From positions 1 through 64,000 of the forward strand of contig OZ037837.1 of assembly GCA_964035575.1 (NCBI GenBank): a stretch of 64,000 bases of DNA, written 5' to 3'. Source of the DNA: Rhynchopus sp. YZ270_cl-10. Taxonomy: Eukaryota. Positions 1 to 14,300 of this stretch are shown one piece after another; the stretch's first letter is position 1; every line of letters starts with the position of its first letter. A program made the translations under genes and the position numbers. A model generated the notes under the pieces. That model searched no databases and was not told where the DNA came from. It saw nothing but the letters and a program-made list of their open reading frames with translations.

Positions 1-2326
1 GCGGGTTTGCGGGTTTGCGGGTTTGCGGGTTTGCGGGTTTGCGGGTGGGGTTTGCGGGTTTGCGGGTTTGCGGGTTTGCGGGTTTGCGGGTTTGCGGGTT
101 TGCGGGTTTGCGGGTTTGCGGGTTTGCGGGTTTGCGGGTTTGCGGGTTTGCGGGTTTGCGGGTTTGCGGGGTTTGCGGGTTTGCGGGTTTGCGGGTTTGC
201 GGGTTTGCGGGTTTGCGGGTTTGCGGGTTTGCGGGTTTGCGGGTTTGCGGGTTTGCGGGTTTGCGGGTTTGCGGGTTTGCGGGTTTGCGGGTTTGCGGGT
301 TTGCGGGTTTGCGGGTTTGCGGGTTTGCGGGTTTGCGGGTTTGCGGGTTTGCGGGTTTGCGGGTTTGCGGGTTTGCGGGTTTGCGGGTTTGCGGGTTTGC
401 GGGTTTGCGGGTTTGCGGGTTTGCGGGTTTGCGGGTTTGCGGGTTTGCGGGTTTGCGGGTTTGCGGGTTTGCGGGTTTGCGGGTTTGCGGGTTTGCGGGT
501 TTGCGGGTTTGCGGGTTTGCGGGTTTGCGGGTTTGCGGGTTTGCGGGTTTGCGGGTTTGCGGGTTTGCGGGTTTGCGGGTTTGCGGGTTTGCGGGTTTGC
601 GGGTTTGCGGGTTTGCGGGTTTGCGGGTTTGCGGGTTTGCGGGTTTGCGGGTTTGCGGGTTTGCGGGTTTGCGGGTTTGCGGGTTTGCGGGTTTGCGGGT
701 TTGCGGGTTTGCGGGTTTGCGGGTTTGCGGGTTTGCGGGTTTGCGGGTTTGCGGGTTTGCGGGTTTGCGGGTTTGCGGGTTTGCGGGTTTGCGGGTTTGC
801 GGGTTTGCGGGTTTGCGGGTTTGCGGGTTTGCGGGTTTGCGGGTTTGCGGGTTTGCGGGTTTGCGGGTTTGCGGGTTTGCGGGTTTGCGGGTTTGCGGGT
901 TTGCGGGTTTGCGGGTTTGCGGGTTTGCGGGTTTGCGGGTTTGCGGGTTTGCGGGTTTGCGGGTTTGCGGGTTTGCGGGTTTGCGGGTTTGCGGGTTTGC
1001 GGGTTTGCGGGTTTGCGGGTTTGCGGGTTTGCGGGTTTGCGGGTTTGCGGGTTTGCGGGTTTGCGGGTTTGCGGGTTTGCGGGTTTGCGGGTTTGCGGGT
1101 TTGCGGGTTTGCGGGTTTGCGGGTTTGCGGGTTTGCGGGTTTGCGGGTTTGCGGGTTTGCGGGTTTGCGGGTTTGCGGGTTTGCGGGTTTGCGGGTTTGC
1201 GGGTTTGCGGGTTTGCGGGTTTGCGGGTTTGCGGGTTTGCGGGTTTGCGGGTTTGCGGGTTTGCGGGTTTGCGGGTTTGCGGGTTTGCGGGTTTGCGGGT
1301 TTGCGGGTTTGCGGGTTTGCGGGTTTGCGGGTTTGCGGGTTTGCGGGTTTGCGGGTTTGCGGGTTTGCGGGTTTGCGGGTTTGCGGGTTTGCGGGTTTGC
1401 GGGTTTGCGGGTTTGCGGGTTTGCGGGTTTGCGGGTTTGCGGGTTTGCGGGTTTGCGGGTTTGCGGGTTTGCGGGTTTGCGGGTTTGCGGGTTTGCGGGT
1501 TTGCGGGTTTGCGGGTTTGCGGGTTTGCGGGTTTGCGGGTTTGCGGGTTTGCGGGTTTGCGGGTTTGCGGGTTTGCGGGTTTGCGGGTTTGCGGGTTTGC
1601 GGGTTTGCGGGTTTGCGGGTTTGCGGGTTTGCGGGTTTGCGGGTTTGCGGGTTTGCGGGTTTGCGGGTTTGCGGGTTTGCGGGTTTGCGGGTTTGCGGGT
1701 TTGCGGGTTTGCGGGTTTGCGGGTTTGCGGGTTTGCGGGTTTGCGGGTTTGCGGGTTTGCGGGTTTGCGGGTTTGCGGGTTTGCGGGTTTGCGGGTTTGC
1801 GGGTTTGCGGGTTTGCGGGTTTGCGGGTTTGCGGGTTTGCGGGTTTGCGGGTTTGCGGGTTTGCGGGTTTGCGGGTTTGCGGGTTTGCGGGTTTGCGGGT
1901 TTGCGGGTTTGCGGGTTTGCGGGTTTGCGGGTTTGCGGGTTTGCGGGTTTGCGGGTTTGCGGGTTTGCGGGTTTGCGGGTTTGCGGGTTTGCGGGTTTGC
2001 GGGTTTGCGGGTTTGCGGGTTTGCGGGTTTGCGGGTTTGCGGGTTTGCGGGTTTGCGGGTTTGCGGGTTTGCGGGTTTGCGGGTTTGCGGGTTTGCGGGT
2101 TTGCGGGTTTGCGGGTTTGCGGGTTTGCGGGTTTGCGGGTTTGCGGGTTTGCGGGTTTGCGGGTTTGCGGGTTTGCGGGTTTGCGGGTTTGCGGGTTTGC
2201 GGGTTTGCGGGTTTGCGGGTTTGCGGGTTTGCGGGTTTGCGGGTTTGCGGGTTTGCGGGTTTGCGGGTTTGCGGGTTTGCGGGTTTGCGGGTTTGCGGGT
2301 TTGCGGGTTTGCGGGTTTACGGGTTT
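1..2326. repeat. 8-bp tandem repeat (GCGGGTTT)n, about 290 copies, open at the window start
   Basis: Read directly. Variant units near 46-50, 167-171 and 2319. It merges into the GT-rich tract of the first satellite terminus. The three long + ORFs are translations of this repeat. Confidence 0.98.
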
Positions 2327-5300
2327 GGGTGTGGGTGTGGGTGGCGCACACCTCTAAAGTAAAAACTAAAAAACTAAGGTTTTTTAGAATTTAAATCTGA
2401 CCTGGAGTGTGCGTACTGTCCAGTTTCACTGCCCTGCCCAGATGTATGGCCGGCTGGTGGTGCCCTGCATGAAGTGGCTCTTCAGGCCAAAAAGTGGCCT
2501 GTTGAAAAGTGGTGTTTTTGTGGCAAACGCCAGCTGGTCTGAAGAGTGATCTGACCATATTACCCAGGTATAACTTGTACTCAAAAAATGAATTTGCGAA
2601 GGAATCTTGAACTTTTGACCACCACACATTATATGTGTTTTTAAGGCAAAAATGGCCGAAAAAGCTGATTTTTGGCCGAATGCCAAGTGTCATTAACATT
2701 CGGATTTTTTGATTAGGACTGTCTTAAAGTAGTTTTTCAGGCCTCAATATCTCCAAACAACACGACCAAAAAATGTACATTTTTTCTGATGTGCAACTAT
2801 TTTTTGTGTTTTTTGGTGTTTTCCGGTCTATGGTGAGGGTGGGTGTGTGTGTGTGTGGGTGTGGGTGTGGGTGGCGCACACCTCTAAAGTAAAAACTAAA
2901 AAACTAAGGTTTTTTAGAATTTAAATCTGACCTGGAGTGTGCGTACTGTCCAGTTTCACTGCCCTGCCCAGATGTATGGCCGGCTGGTGGTGCCCTGCAT
3001 GAAGTGGCTCTTCAGGCCAAAAAGTGGCCTGTTGAAAAGTGGTGTTTTTGTGGCAAACGCCAGCTGGTCTGAAGAGTGATCTGACCATATTACCCAGGTA
3101 TAACTTGTACTCAAAAAATGAATTTGCGAAGGAATCTTGAACTTTTGACCACCACACATTATATGTGTTTTTAAGGCAAAAATGGCCGAAAAAGCTGATT
3201 TTTGGCCGAATGCCAAGTGTCATTAACATTCGGATTTTTTGATTAGGACTGTCTTAAAGTAGTTTTTCAGGCCTCAATATCTCCAAACAACACGACCAAA
3301 AAATGTACATTTTTTCTGATGTGCAACTATTTTTTGTGTTTTTTGGTGTTTTCCGGTCTATGGTGAGGGTGGGTGTGTGTGTGTGTGGGTGTGGGTGTGG
3401 GTGGCGCACACCTCTAAAGTAAAAACTAAAAAACTAAGGTTTTTTAGAATTTAAATCTGACCTGGAGTGTGCGTACTGTCCAGTTTCACTGCCCTGCCCA
3501 GATGTATGGCCGGCTGGTGGTGCCCTGCATGAAGTGGCTCTTCAGGCCAAAAAGTGGCCTGTTGAAAAGTGGTGTTTTTGTGGCAAACGCCAGCTGGTCT
3601 GAAGAGTGATCTGACCATATTACCCAGGTATAACTTGTACTCAAAAAATGAATTTGCGAAGGAATCTTGAACTTTTGACCACCACACATTATATGTGTTT
3701 TTAAGGCAAAAATGGCCGAAAAAGCTGATTTTTGGCCGAATGCCAAGTGTCATTAACATTCGGATTTTTTGATTAGGACTGTCTTAAAGTAGTTTTTCAG
3801 GCCTCAATATCTCCAAACAACACGACCAAAAAATGTACATTTTTTCTGATGTGCAACTATTTTTTGTGTTTTTTGGTGTTTTCCGGTCTATGGTGAGGGT
3901 GGGTGTGTGTGTGTGTGGGTGTGGGTGTGGGTGGCGCACACCTCTAAAGTAAAAACTAAAAAACTAAGGTTTTTTAGAATTTAAATCTGACCTGGAGTGT
4001 GCGTACTGTCCAGTTTCACTGCCCTGCCCAGATGTATGGCCGGCTGGTGGTGCCCTGCATGAAGTGGCTCTTCAGGCCAAAAAGTGGCCTGTTGAAAAGT
4101 GGTGTTTTTGTGGCAAACGCCAGCTGGTCTGAAGAGTGATCTGACCATATTACCCAGGTATAACTTGTACTCAAAAAATGAATTTGCGAAGGAATCTTGA
4201 ACTTTTGACCACCACACATTATATGTGTTTTTAAGGCAAAAATGGCCGAAAAAGCTGATTTTTGGCCGAATGCCAAGTGTCATTAACATTCGGATTTTTT
4301 GATTAGGACTGTCTTAAAGTAGTTTTTCAGGCCTCAATATCTCCAAACAACACGACCAAAAAATGTACATTTTTTCTGATGTGCAACTATTTTTTGTGTT
4401 TTTTGGTGTTTTCCGGTCTATGGTGAGGGTGGGTGTGTGTGTGTGTGGGTGTGGGTGTGGGTGGCGCACACCTCTAAAGTAAAAACTAAAAAACTAAGGT
4501 TTTTTAGAATTTAAATCTGACCTGGAGTGTGCGTACTGTCCAGTTTCACTGCCCTGCCCAGATGTATGGCCGGCTGGTGGTGCCCTGCATGAAGTGGCTC
4601 TTCAGGCCAAAAAGTGGCCTGTTGAAAAGTGGTGTTTTTGTGGCAAACGCCAGCTGGTCTGAAGAGTGATCTGACCATATTACCCAGGTATAACTTGTAC
4701 TCAAAAAATGAATTTGCGAAGGAATCTTGAACTTTTGACCACCACACATTATATGTGTTTTTAAGGCAAAAATGGCCGAAAAAGCTGATTTTTGGCCGAA
4801 TGCCAAGTGTCATTAACATTCGGATTTTTTGATTAGGACTGTCTTAAAGTAGTTTTTCAGGCCTCAATATCTCCAAACAACACGACCAAAAAATGTACAT
4901 TTTTTCTGATGTGCAACTATTTTTTGTGTTTTTTGGTGTTTTCCGGTCTATGGTGAGGGTGGGTGTGTGTGTGTGTGGGTGTGGGTGTGGGTGGCGCACA
5001 CCTCTAAAGTAAAAACTAAAAAACTAAGGTTTTTTAGAATTTAAATCTGACCTGGAGTGTGCGTACTGTCCAGTTTCACTGCCCTGCCCAGATGTATGGC
5101 CGGCTGGTGGTGCCCTGCATGAAGTGGCTCTTCAGGCCAAAAAGTGGCCTGTTGAAAAGTGGTGTTTTTGTGGCAAACGCCAGCTGGTCTGAAGAGTGAT
5201 CTGACCATATTACCCAGGTATAACTTGTACTCAAAAAATGAATTTGCGAAGGAATCTTGAACTTTTGACCACCACACATTATATGTGTTTTTAAGGCAAA

Positions 5301-8300
5301 AATGGCCGAAAAAGCTGATTTTTGGCCGAATGCCAAGTGTCATTAACATTCGGATTTTTTGATTAGGACTGTCTTAAAGTAGTTTTTCAGGCCTCAATAT
5401 CTCCAAACAACACGACCAAAAAATGTACATTTTTTCTGATGTGCAACTATTTTTTGTGTTTTTTGGTGTTTTCCGGTCTATGGTGAGGGTGGGTGTGTGT
5501 GTGTGTGGGTGTGGGTGTGGGTGGCGCACACCTCTAAAGTAAAAACTAAAAAACTAAGGTTTTTTAGAATTTAAATCTGACCTGGAGTGTGCGTACTGTC
5601 CAGTTTCACTGCCCTGCCCAGATGTATGGCCGGCTGGTGGTGCCCTGCATGAAGTGGCTCTTCAGGCCAAAAAGTGGCCTGTTGAAAAGTGGTGTTTTTG
5701 TGGCAAACGCCAGCTGGTCTGAAGAGTGATCTGACCATATTACCCAGGTATAACTTGTACTCAAAAAATGAATTTGCGAAGGAATCTTGAACTTTTGACC
5801 ACCACACATTATATGTGTTTTTAAGGCAAAAATGGCCGAAAAAGCTGATTTTTGGCCGAATGCCAAGTGTCATTAACATTCGGATTTTTTGATTAGGACT
5901 GTCTTAAAGTAGTTTTTCAGGCCTCAATATCTCCAAACAACACGACCAAAAAATGTACATTTTTTCTGATGTGCAACTATTTTTTGTGTTTTTTGGTGTT
6001 TTCCGGTCTATGGTGAGGGTGGGTGTGTGTGTGTGTGGGTGTGGGTGTGGGTGGCGCACACCTCTAAAGTAAAAACTAAAAAACTAAGGTTTTTTAGAAT
6101 TTAAATCTGACCTGGAGTGTGCGTACTGTCCAGTTTCACTGCCCTGCCCAGATGTATGGCCGGCTGGTGGTGCCCTGCATGAAGTGGCTCTTCAGGCCAA
6201 AAAGTGGCCTGTTGAAAAGTGGTGTTTTTGTGGCAAACGCCAGCTGGTCTGAAGAGTGATCTGACCATATTACCCAGGTATAACTTGTACTCAAAAAATG
6301 AATTTGCGAAGGAATCTTGAACTTTTGACCACCACACATTATATGTGTTTTTAAGGCAAAAATGGCCGAAAAAGCTGATTTTTGGCCGAATGCCAAGTGT
6401 CATTAACATTCGGATTTTTTGATTAGGACTGTCTTAAAGTAGTTTTTCAGGCCTCAATATCTCCAAACAACACGACCAAAAAATGTACATTTTTTCTGAT
6501 GTGCAACTATTTTTTGTGTTTTTTGGTGTTTTCCGGTCTATGGTGAGGGTGGGTGTGTGTGTGTGTGGGTGTGGGTGTGGGTGGCGCACACCTCTAAAGT
6601 AAAAACTAAAAAACTAAGGTTTTTTAGAATTTAAATCTGACCTGGAGTGTGCGTACTGTCCAGTTTCACTGCCCTGCCCAGATGTATGGCCGGCTGGTGG
6701 TGCCCTGCATGAAGTGGCTCTTCAGGCCAAAAAGTGGCCTGTTGAAAAGTGGTGTTTTTGTGGCAAACGCCAGCTGGTCTGAAGAGTGATCTGACCATAT
6801 TACCCAGGTATAACTTGTACTCAAAAAATGAATTTGCGAAGGAATCTTGAACTTTTGACCACCACACATTATATGTGTTTTTAAGGCAAAAATGGCCGAA
6901 AAAGCTGATTTTTGGCCGAATGCCAAGTGTCATTAACATTCGGATTTTTTGATTAGGACTGTCTTAAAGTAGTTTTTCAGGCCTCAATATCTCCAAACAA
7001 CACGACCAAAAAATGTACATTTTTTCTGATGTGCAACTATTTTTTGTGTTTTTTGGTGTTTTCCGGTCTATGGTGAGGGTGGGTGTGTGTGTGTGTGGGT
7101 GTGGGTGTGGGTGGCGCACACCTCTAAAGTAAAAACTAAAAAACTAAGGTTTTTTAGAATTTAAATCTGACCTGGAGTGTGCGTACTGTCCAGTTTCACT
7201 GCCCTGCCCAGATGTATGGCCGGCTGGTGGTGCCCTGCATGAAGTGGCTCTTCAGGCCAAAAAGTGGCCTGTTGAAAAGTGGTGTTTTTGTGGCAAACGC
7301 CAGCTGGTCTGAAGAGTGATCTGACCATATTACCCAGGTATAACTTGTACTCAAAAAATGAATTTGCGAAGGAATCTTGAACTTTTGACCACCACACATT
7401 ATATGTGTTTTTAAGGCAAAAATGGCCGAAAAAGCTGATTTTTGGCCGAATGCCAAGTGTCATTAACATTCGGATTTTTTGATTAGGACTGTCTTAAAGT
7501 AGTTTTTCAGGCCTCAATATCTCCAAACAACACGACCAAAAAATGTACATTTTTTCTGATGTGCAACTATTTTTTGTGTTTTTTGGTGTTTTCCGGTCTA
7601 TGGTGAGGGTGGGTGTGTGTGTGTGTGGGTGTGGGTGTGGGTGGCGCACACCTCTAAAGTAAAAACTAAAAAACTAAGGTTTTTTAGAATTTAAATCTGA
7701 CCTGGAGTGTGCGTACTGTCCAGTTTCACTGCCCTGCCCAGATGTATGGCCGGCTGGTGGTGCCCTGCATGAAGTGGCTCTTCAGGCCAAAAAGTGGCCT
7801 GTTGAAAAGTGGTGTTTTTGTGGCAAACGCCAGCTGGTCTGAAGAGTGATCTGACCATATTACCCAGGTATAACTTGTACTCAAAAAATGAATTTGCGAA
7901 GGAATCTTGAACTTTTGACCACCACACATTATATGTGTTTTTAAGGCAAAAATGGCCGAAAAAGCTGATTTTTGGCCGAATGCCAAGTGTCATTAACATT
8001 CGGATTTTTTGATTAGGACTGTCTTAAAGTAGTTTTTCAGGCCTCAATATCTCCAAACAACACGACCAAAAAATGTACATTTTTTCTGATGTGCAACTAT
8101 TTTTTGTGTTTTTTGGTGTTTTCCGGTCTATGGTGAGGGTGGGTGTGTGTGTGTGTGGGTGTGGGTGTGGGTGGCGCACACCTCTAAAGTAAAAACTAAA
8201 AAACTAAGGTTTTTTAGAATTTAAATCTGACCTGGAGTGTGCGTACTGTCCAGTTTCACTGCCCTGCCCAGATGTATGGCCGGCTGGTGGTGCCCTGCAT

Positions 8301-11300
8301 GAAGTGGCTCTTCAGGCCAAAAAGTGGCCTGTTGAAAAGTGGTGTTTTTGTGGCAAACGCCAGCTGGTCTGAAGAGTGATCTGACCATATTACCCAGGTA
8401 TAACTTGTACTCAAAAAATGAATTTGCGAAGGAATCTTGAACTTTTGACCACCACACATTATATGTGTTTTTAAGGCAAAAATGGCCGAAAAAGCTGATT
8501 TTTGGCCGAATGCCAAGTGTCATTAACATTCGGATTTTTTGATTAGGACTGTCTTAAAGTAGTTTTTCAGGCCTCAATATCTCCAAACAACACGACCAAA
8601 AAATGTACATTTTTTCTGATGTGCAACTATTTTTTGTGTTTTTTGGTGTTTTCCGGTCTATGGTGAGGGTGGGTGTGTGTGTGTGTGGGTGTGGGTGTGG
8701 GTGGCGCACACCTCTAAAGTAAAAACTAAAAAACTAAGGTTTTTTAGAATTTAAATCTGACCTGGAGTGTGCGTACTGTCCAGTTTCACTGCCCTGCCCA
8801 GATGTATGGCCGGCTGGTGGTGCCCTGCATGAAGTGGCTCTTCAGGCCAAAAAGTGGCCTGTTGAAAAGTGGTGTTTTTGTGGCAAACGCCAGCTGGTCT
8901 GAAGAGTGATCTGACCATATTACCCAGGTATAACTTGTACTCAAAAAATGAATTTGCGAAGGAATCTTGAACTTTTGACCACCACACATTATATGTGTTT
9001 TTAAGGCAAAAATGGCCGAAAAAGCTGATTTTTGGCCGAATGCCAAGTGTCATTAACATTCGGATTTTTTGATTAGGACTGTCTTAAAGTAGTTTTTCAG
9101 GCCTCAATATCTCCAAACAACACGACCAAAAAATGTACATTTTTTCTGATGTGCAACTATTTTTTGTGTTTTTTGGTGTTTTCCGGTCTATGGTGAGGGT
9201 GGGTGTGTGTGTGTGTGGGTGTGGGTGTGGGTGGCGCACACCTCTAAAGTAAAAACTAAAAAACTAAGGTTTTTTAGAATTTAAATCTGACCTGGAGTGT
9301 GCGTACTGTCCAGTTTCACTGCCCTGCCCAGATGTATGGCCGGCTGGTGGTGCCCTGCATGAAGTGGCTCTTCAGGCCAAAAAGTGGCCTGTTGAAAAGT
9401 GGTGTTTTTGTGGCAAACGCCAGCTGGTCTGAAGAGTGATCTGACCATATTACCCAGGTATAACTTGTACTCAAAAAATGAATTTGCGAAGGAATCTTGA
9501 ACTTTTGACCACCACACATTATATGTGTTTTTAAGGCAAAAATGGCCGAAAAAGCTGATTTTTGGCCGAATGCCAAGTGTCATTAACATTCGGATTTTTT
9601 GATTAGGACTGTCTTAAAGTAGTTTTTCAGGCCTCAATATCTCCAAACAACACGACCAAAAAATGTACATTTTTTCTGATGTGCAACTATTTTTTGTGTT
9701 TTTTGGTGTTTTCCGGTCTATGGTGAGGGTGGGTGTGTGTGTGTGTGGGTGTGGGTGTGGGTGGCGCACACCTCTAAAGTAAAAACTAAAAAACTAAGGT
9801 TTTTTAGAATTTAAATCTGACCTGGAGTGTGCGTACTGTCCAGTTTCACTGCCCTGCCCAGATGTATGGCCGGCTGGTGGTGCCCTGCATGAAGTGGCTC
9901 TTCAGGCCAAAAAGTGGCCTGTTGAAAAGTGGTGTTTTTGTGGCAAACGCCAGCTGGTCTGAAGAGTGATCTGACCATATTACCCAGGTATAACTTGTAC
10001 TCAAAAAATGAATTTGCGAAGGAATCTTGAACTTTTGACCACCACACATTATATGTGTTTTTAAGGCAAAAATGGCCGAAAAAGCTGATTTTTGGCCGAA
10101 TGCCAAGTGTCATTAACATTCGGATTTTTTGATTAGGACTGTCTTAAAGTAGTTTTTCAGGCCTCAATATCTCCAAACAACACGACCAAAAAATGTACAT
10201 TTTTTCTGATGTGCAACTATTTTTTGTGTTTTTTGGTGTTTTCCGGTCTATGGTGAGGGTGGGTGTGTGTGTGTGTGGGTGTGGGTGTGGGTGGCGCACA
10301 CCTCTAAAGTAAAAACTAAAAAACTAAGGTTTTTTAGAATTTAAATCTGACCTGGAGTGTGCGTACTGTCCAGTTTCACTGCCCTGCCCAGATGTATGGC
10401 CGGCTGGTGGTGCCCTGCATGAAGTGGCTCTTCAGGCCAAAAAGTGGCCTGTTGAAAAGTGGTGTTTTTGTGGCAAACGCCAGCTGGTCTGAAGAGTGAT
10501 CTGACCATATTACCCAGGTATAACTTGTACTCAAAAAATGAATTTGCGAAGGAATCTTGAACTTTTGACCACCACACATTATATGTGTTTTTAAGGCAAA
10601 AATGGCCGAAAAAGCTGATTTTTGGCCGAATGCCAAGTGTCATTAACATTCGGATTTTTTGATTAGGACTGTCTTAAAGTAGTTTTTCAGGCCTCAATAT
10701 CTCCAAACAACACGACCAAAAAATGTACATTTTTTCTGATGTGCAACTATTTTTTGTGTTTTTTGGTGTTTTCCGGTCTATGGTGAGGGTGGGTGTGTGT
10801 GTGTGTGGGTGTGGGTGTGGGTGGCGCACACCTCTAAAGTAAAAACTAAAAAACTAAGGTTTTTTAGAATTTAAATCTGACCTGGAGTGTGCGTACTGTC
10901 CAGTTTCACTGCCCTGCCCAGATGTATGGCCGGCTGGTGGTGCCCTGCATGAAGTGGCTCTTCAGGCCAAAAAGTGGCCTGTTGAAAAGTGGTGTTTTTG
11001 TGGCAAACGCCAGCTGGTCTGAAGAGTGATCTGACCATATTACCCAGGTATAACTTGTACTCAAAAAATGAATTTGCGAAGGAATCTTGAACTTTTGACC
11101 ACCACACATTATATGTGTTTTTAAGGCAAAAATGGCCGAAAAAGCTGATTTTTGGCCGAATGCCAAGTGTCATTAACATTCGGATTTTTTGATTAGGACT
11201 GTCTTAAAGTAGTTTTTCAGGCCTCAATATCTCCAAACAACACGACCAAAAAATGTACATTTTTTCTGATGTGCAACTATTTTTTGTGTTTTTTGGTGTT

Positions 11301-14300
11301 TTCCGGTCTATGGTGAGGGTGGGTGTGTGTGTGTGTGGGTGTGGGTGTGGGTGGCGCACACCTCTAAAGTAAAAACTAAAAAACTAAGGTTTTTTAGAAT
11401 TTAAATCTGACCTGGAGTGTGCGTACTGTCCAGTTTCACTGCCCTGCCCAGATGTATGGCCGGCTGGTGGTGCCCTGCATGAAGTGGCTCTTCAGGCCAA
11501 AAAGTGGCCTGTTGAAAAGTGGTGTTTTTGTGGCAAACGCCAGCTGGTCTGAAGAGTGATCTGACCATATTACCCAGGTATAACTTGTACTCAAAAAATG
11601 AATTTGCGAAGGAATCTTGAACTTTTGACCACCACACATTATATGTGTTTTTAAGGCAAAAATGGCCGAAAAAGCTGATTTTTGGCCGAATGCCAAGTGT
11701 CATTAACATTCGGATTTTTTGATTAGGACTGTCTTAAAGTAGTTTTTCAGGCCTCAATATCTCCAAACAACACGACCAAAAAATGTACATTTTTTCTGAT
11801 GTGCAACTATTTTTTGTGTTTTTTGGTGTTTTCCGGTCTATGGTGAGGGTGGGTGTGTGTGTGTGTGGGTGTGGGTGTGGGTGGCGCACACCTCTAAAGT
11901 AAAAACTAAAAAACTAAGGTTTTTTAGAATTTAAATCTGACCTGGAGTGTGCGTACTGTCCAGTTTCACTGCCCTGCCCAGATGTATGGCCGGCTGGTGG
12001 TGCCCTGCATGAAGTGGCTCTTCAGGCCAAAAAGTGGCCTGTTGAAAAGTGGTGTTTTTGTGGCAAACGCCAGCTGGTCTGAAGAGTGATCTGACCATAT
12101 TACCCAGGTATAACTTGTACTCAAAAAATGAATTTGCGAAGGAATCTTGAACTTTTGACCACCACACATTATATGTGTTTTTAAGGCAAAAATGGCCGAA
12201 AAAGCTGATTTTTGGCCGAATGCCAAGTGTCATTAACATTCGGATTTTTTGATTAGGACTGTCTTAAAGTAGTTTTTCAGGCCTCAATATCTCCAAACAA
12301 CACGACCAAAAAATGTACATTTTTTCTGATGTGCAACTATTTTTTGTGTTTTTTGGTGTTTTCCGGTCTATGGTGAGGGTGGGTGTGTGTGTGTGTGGGT
12401 GTGGGTGTGGGTGGCGCACACCTCTAAAGTAAAAACTAAAAAACTAAGGTTTTTTAGAATTTAAATCTGACCTGGAGTGTGCGTACTGTCCAGTTTCACT
12501 GCCCTGCCCAGATGTATGGCCGGCTGGTGGTGCCCTGCATGAAGTGGCTCTTCAGGCCAAAAAGTGGCCTGTTGAAAAGTGGTGTTTTTGTGGCAAACGC
12601 CAGCTGGTCTGAAGAGTGATCTGACCATATTACCCAGGTATAACTTGTACTCAAAAAATGAATTTGCGAAGGAATCTTGAACTTTTGACCACCACACATT
12701 ATATGTGTTTTTAAGGCAAAAATGGCCGAAAAAGCTGATTTTTGGCCGAATGCCAAGTGTCATTAACATTCGGATTTTTTGATTAGGACTGTCTTAAAGT
12801 AGTTTTTCAGGCCTCAATATCTCCAAACAACACGACCAAAAAATGTACATTTTTTCTGATGTGCAACTATTTTTTGTGTTTTTTGGTGTTTTCCGGTCTA
12901 TGGTGAGGGTGGGTGTGTGTGTGTGTGGGTGTGGGTGTGGGTGGCGCACACCTCTAAAGTAAAAACTAAAAAACTAAGGTTTTTTAGAATTTAAATCTGA
13001 CCTGGAGTGTGCGTACTGTCCAGTTTCACTGCCCTGCCCAGATGTATGGCCGGCTGGTGGTGCCCTGCATGAAGTGGCTCTTCAGGCCAAAAAGTGGCCT
13101 GTTGAAAAGTGGTGTTTTTGTGGCAAACGCCAGCTGGTCTGAAGAGTGATCTGACCATATTACCCAGGTATAACTTGTACTCAAAAAATGAATTTGCGAA
13201 GGAATCTTGAACTTTTGACCACCACACATTATATGTGTTTTTAAGGCAAAAATGGCCGAAAAAGCTGATTTTTGGCCGAATGCCAAGTGTCATTAACATT
13301 CGGATTTTTTGATTAGGACTGTCTTAAAGTAGTTTTTCAGGCCTCAATATCTCCAAACAACACGACCAAAAAATGTACATTTTTTCTGATGTGCAACTAT
13401 TTTTTGTGTTTTTTGGTGTTTTCCGGTCTATGGTGAGGGTGGGTGTGTGTGTGTGTGGGTGTGGGTGTGGGTGGCGCACACCTCTAAAGTAAAAACTAAA
13501 AAACTAAGGTTTTTTAGAATTTAAATCTGACCTGGAGTGTGCGTACTGTCCAGTTTCACTGCCCTGCCCAGATGTATGGCCGGCTGGTGGTGCCCTGCAT
13601 GAAGTGGCTCTTCAGGCCAAAAAGTGGCCTGTTGAAAAGTGGTGTTTTTGTGGCAAACGCCAGCTGGTCTGAAGAGTGATCTGACCATATTACCCAGGTA
13701 TAACTTGTACTCAAAAAATGAATTTGCGAAGGAATCTTGAACTTTTGACCACCACACATTATATGTGTTTTTAAGGCAAAAATGGCCGAAAAAGCTGATT
13801 TTTGGCCGAATGCCAAGTGTCATTAACATTCGGATTTTTTGATTAGGACTGTCTTAAAGTAGTTTTTCAGGCCTCAATATCTCCAAACAACACGACCAAA
13901 AAATGTACATTTTTTCTGATGTGCAACTATTTTTTGTGTTTTTTGGTGTTTTCCGGTCTATGGTGAGGGTGGGTGTGTGTGTGTGTGGGTGTGGGTGTGG
14001 GTGGCGCACACCTCTAAAGTAAAAACTAAAAAACTAAGGTTTTTTAGAATTTAAATCTGACCTGGAGTGTGCGTACTGTCCAGTTTCACTGCCCTGCCCA
14101 GATGTATGGCCGGCTGGTGGTGCCCTGCATGAAGTGGCTCTTCAGGCCAAAAAGTGGCCTGTTGAAAAGTGGTGTTTTTGTGGCAAACGCCAGCTGGTCT
14201 GAAGAGTGATCTGACCATATTACCCAGGTATAACTTGTACTCAAAAAATGAATTTGCGAAGGAATCTTGAACTTTTGACCACCACACATTATATGTGTTT

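Noticed and set aside
1..2326. True left telomere
   Set aside because: The G-rich strand is on + at the left edge, which is the wrong polarity for a left chromosome end.
7..2394. Three ~780-795 aa ORFs
   Set aside because: They are translations of a stop-free 8-bp repeat in all frames.
2391..2920. Spliced-leader RNA or 5S rRNA gene repeat (classic CRE target)
   Set aside because: I find no kinetoplastid/diplonemid SL core (CAGTTTCTGTACT) and no 5S-like sequence on either strand. Only CAGTTTC matches. A covariance-model search would be the final test.
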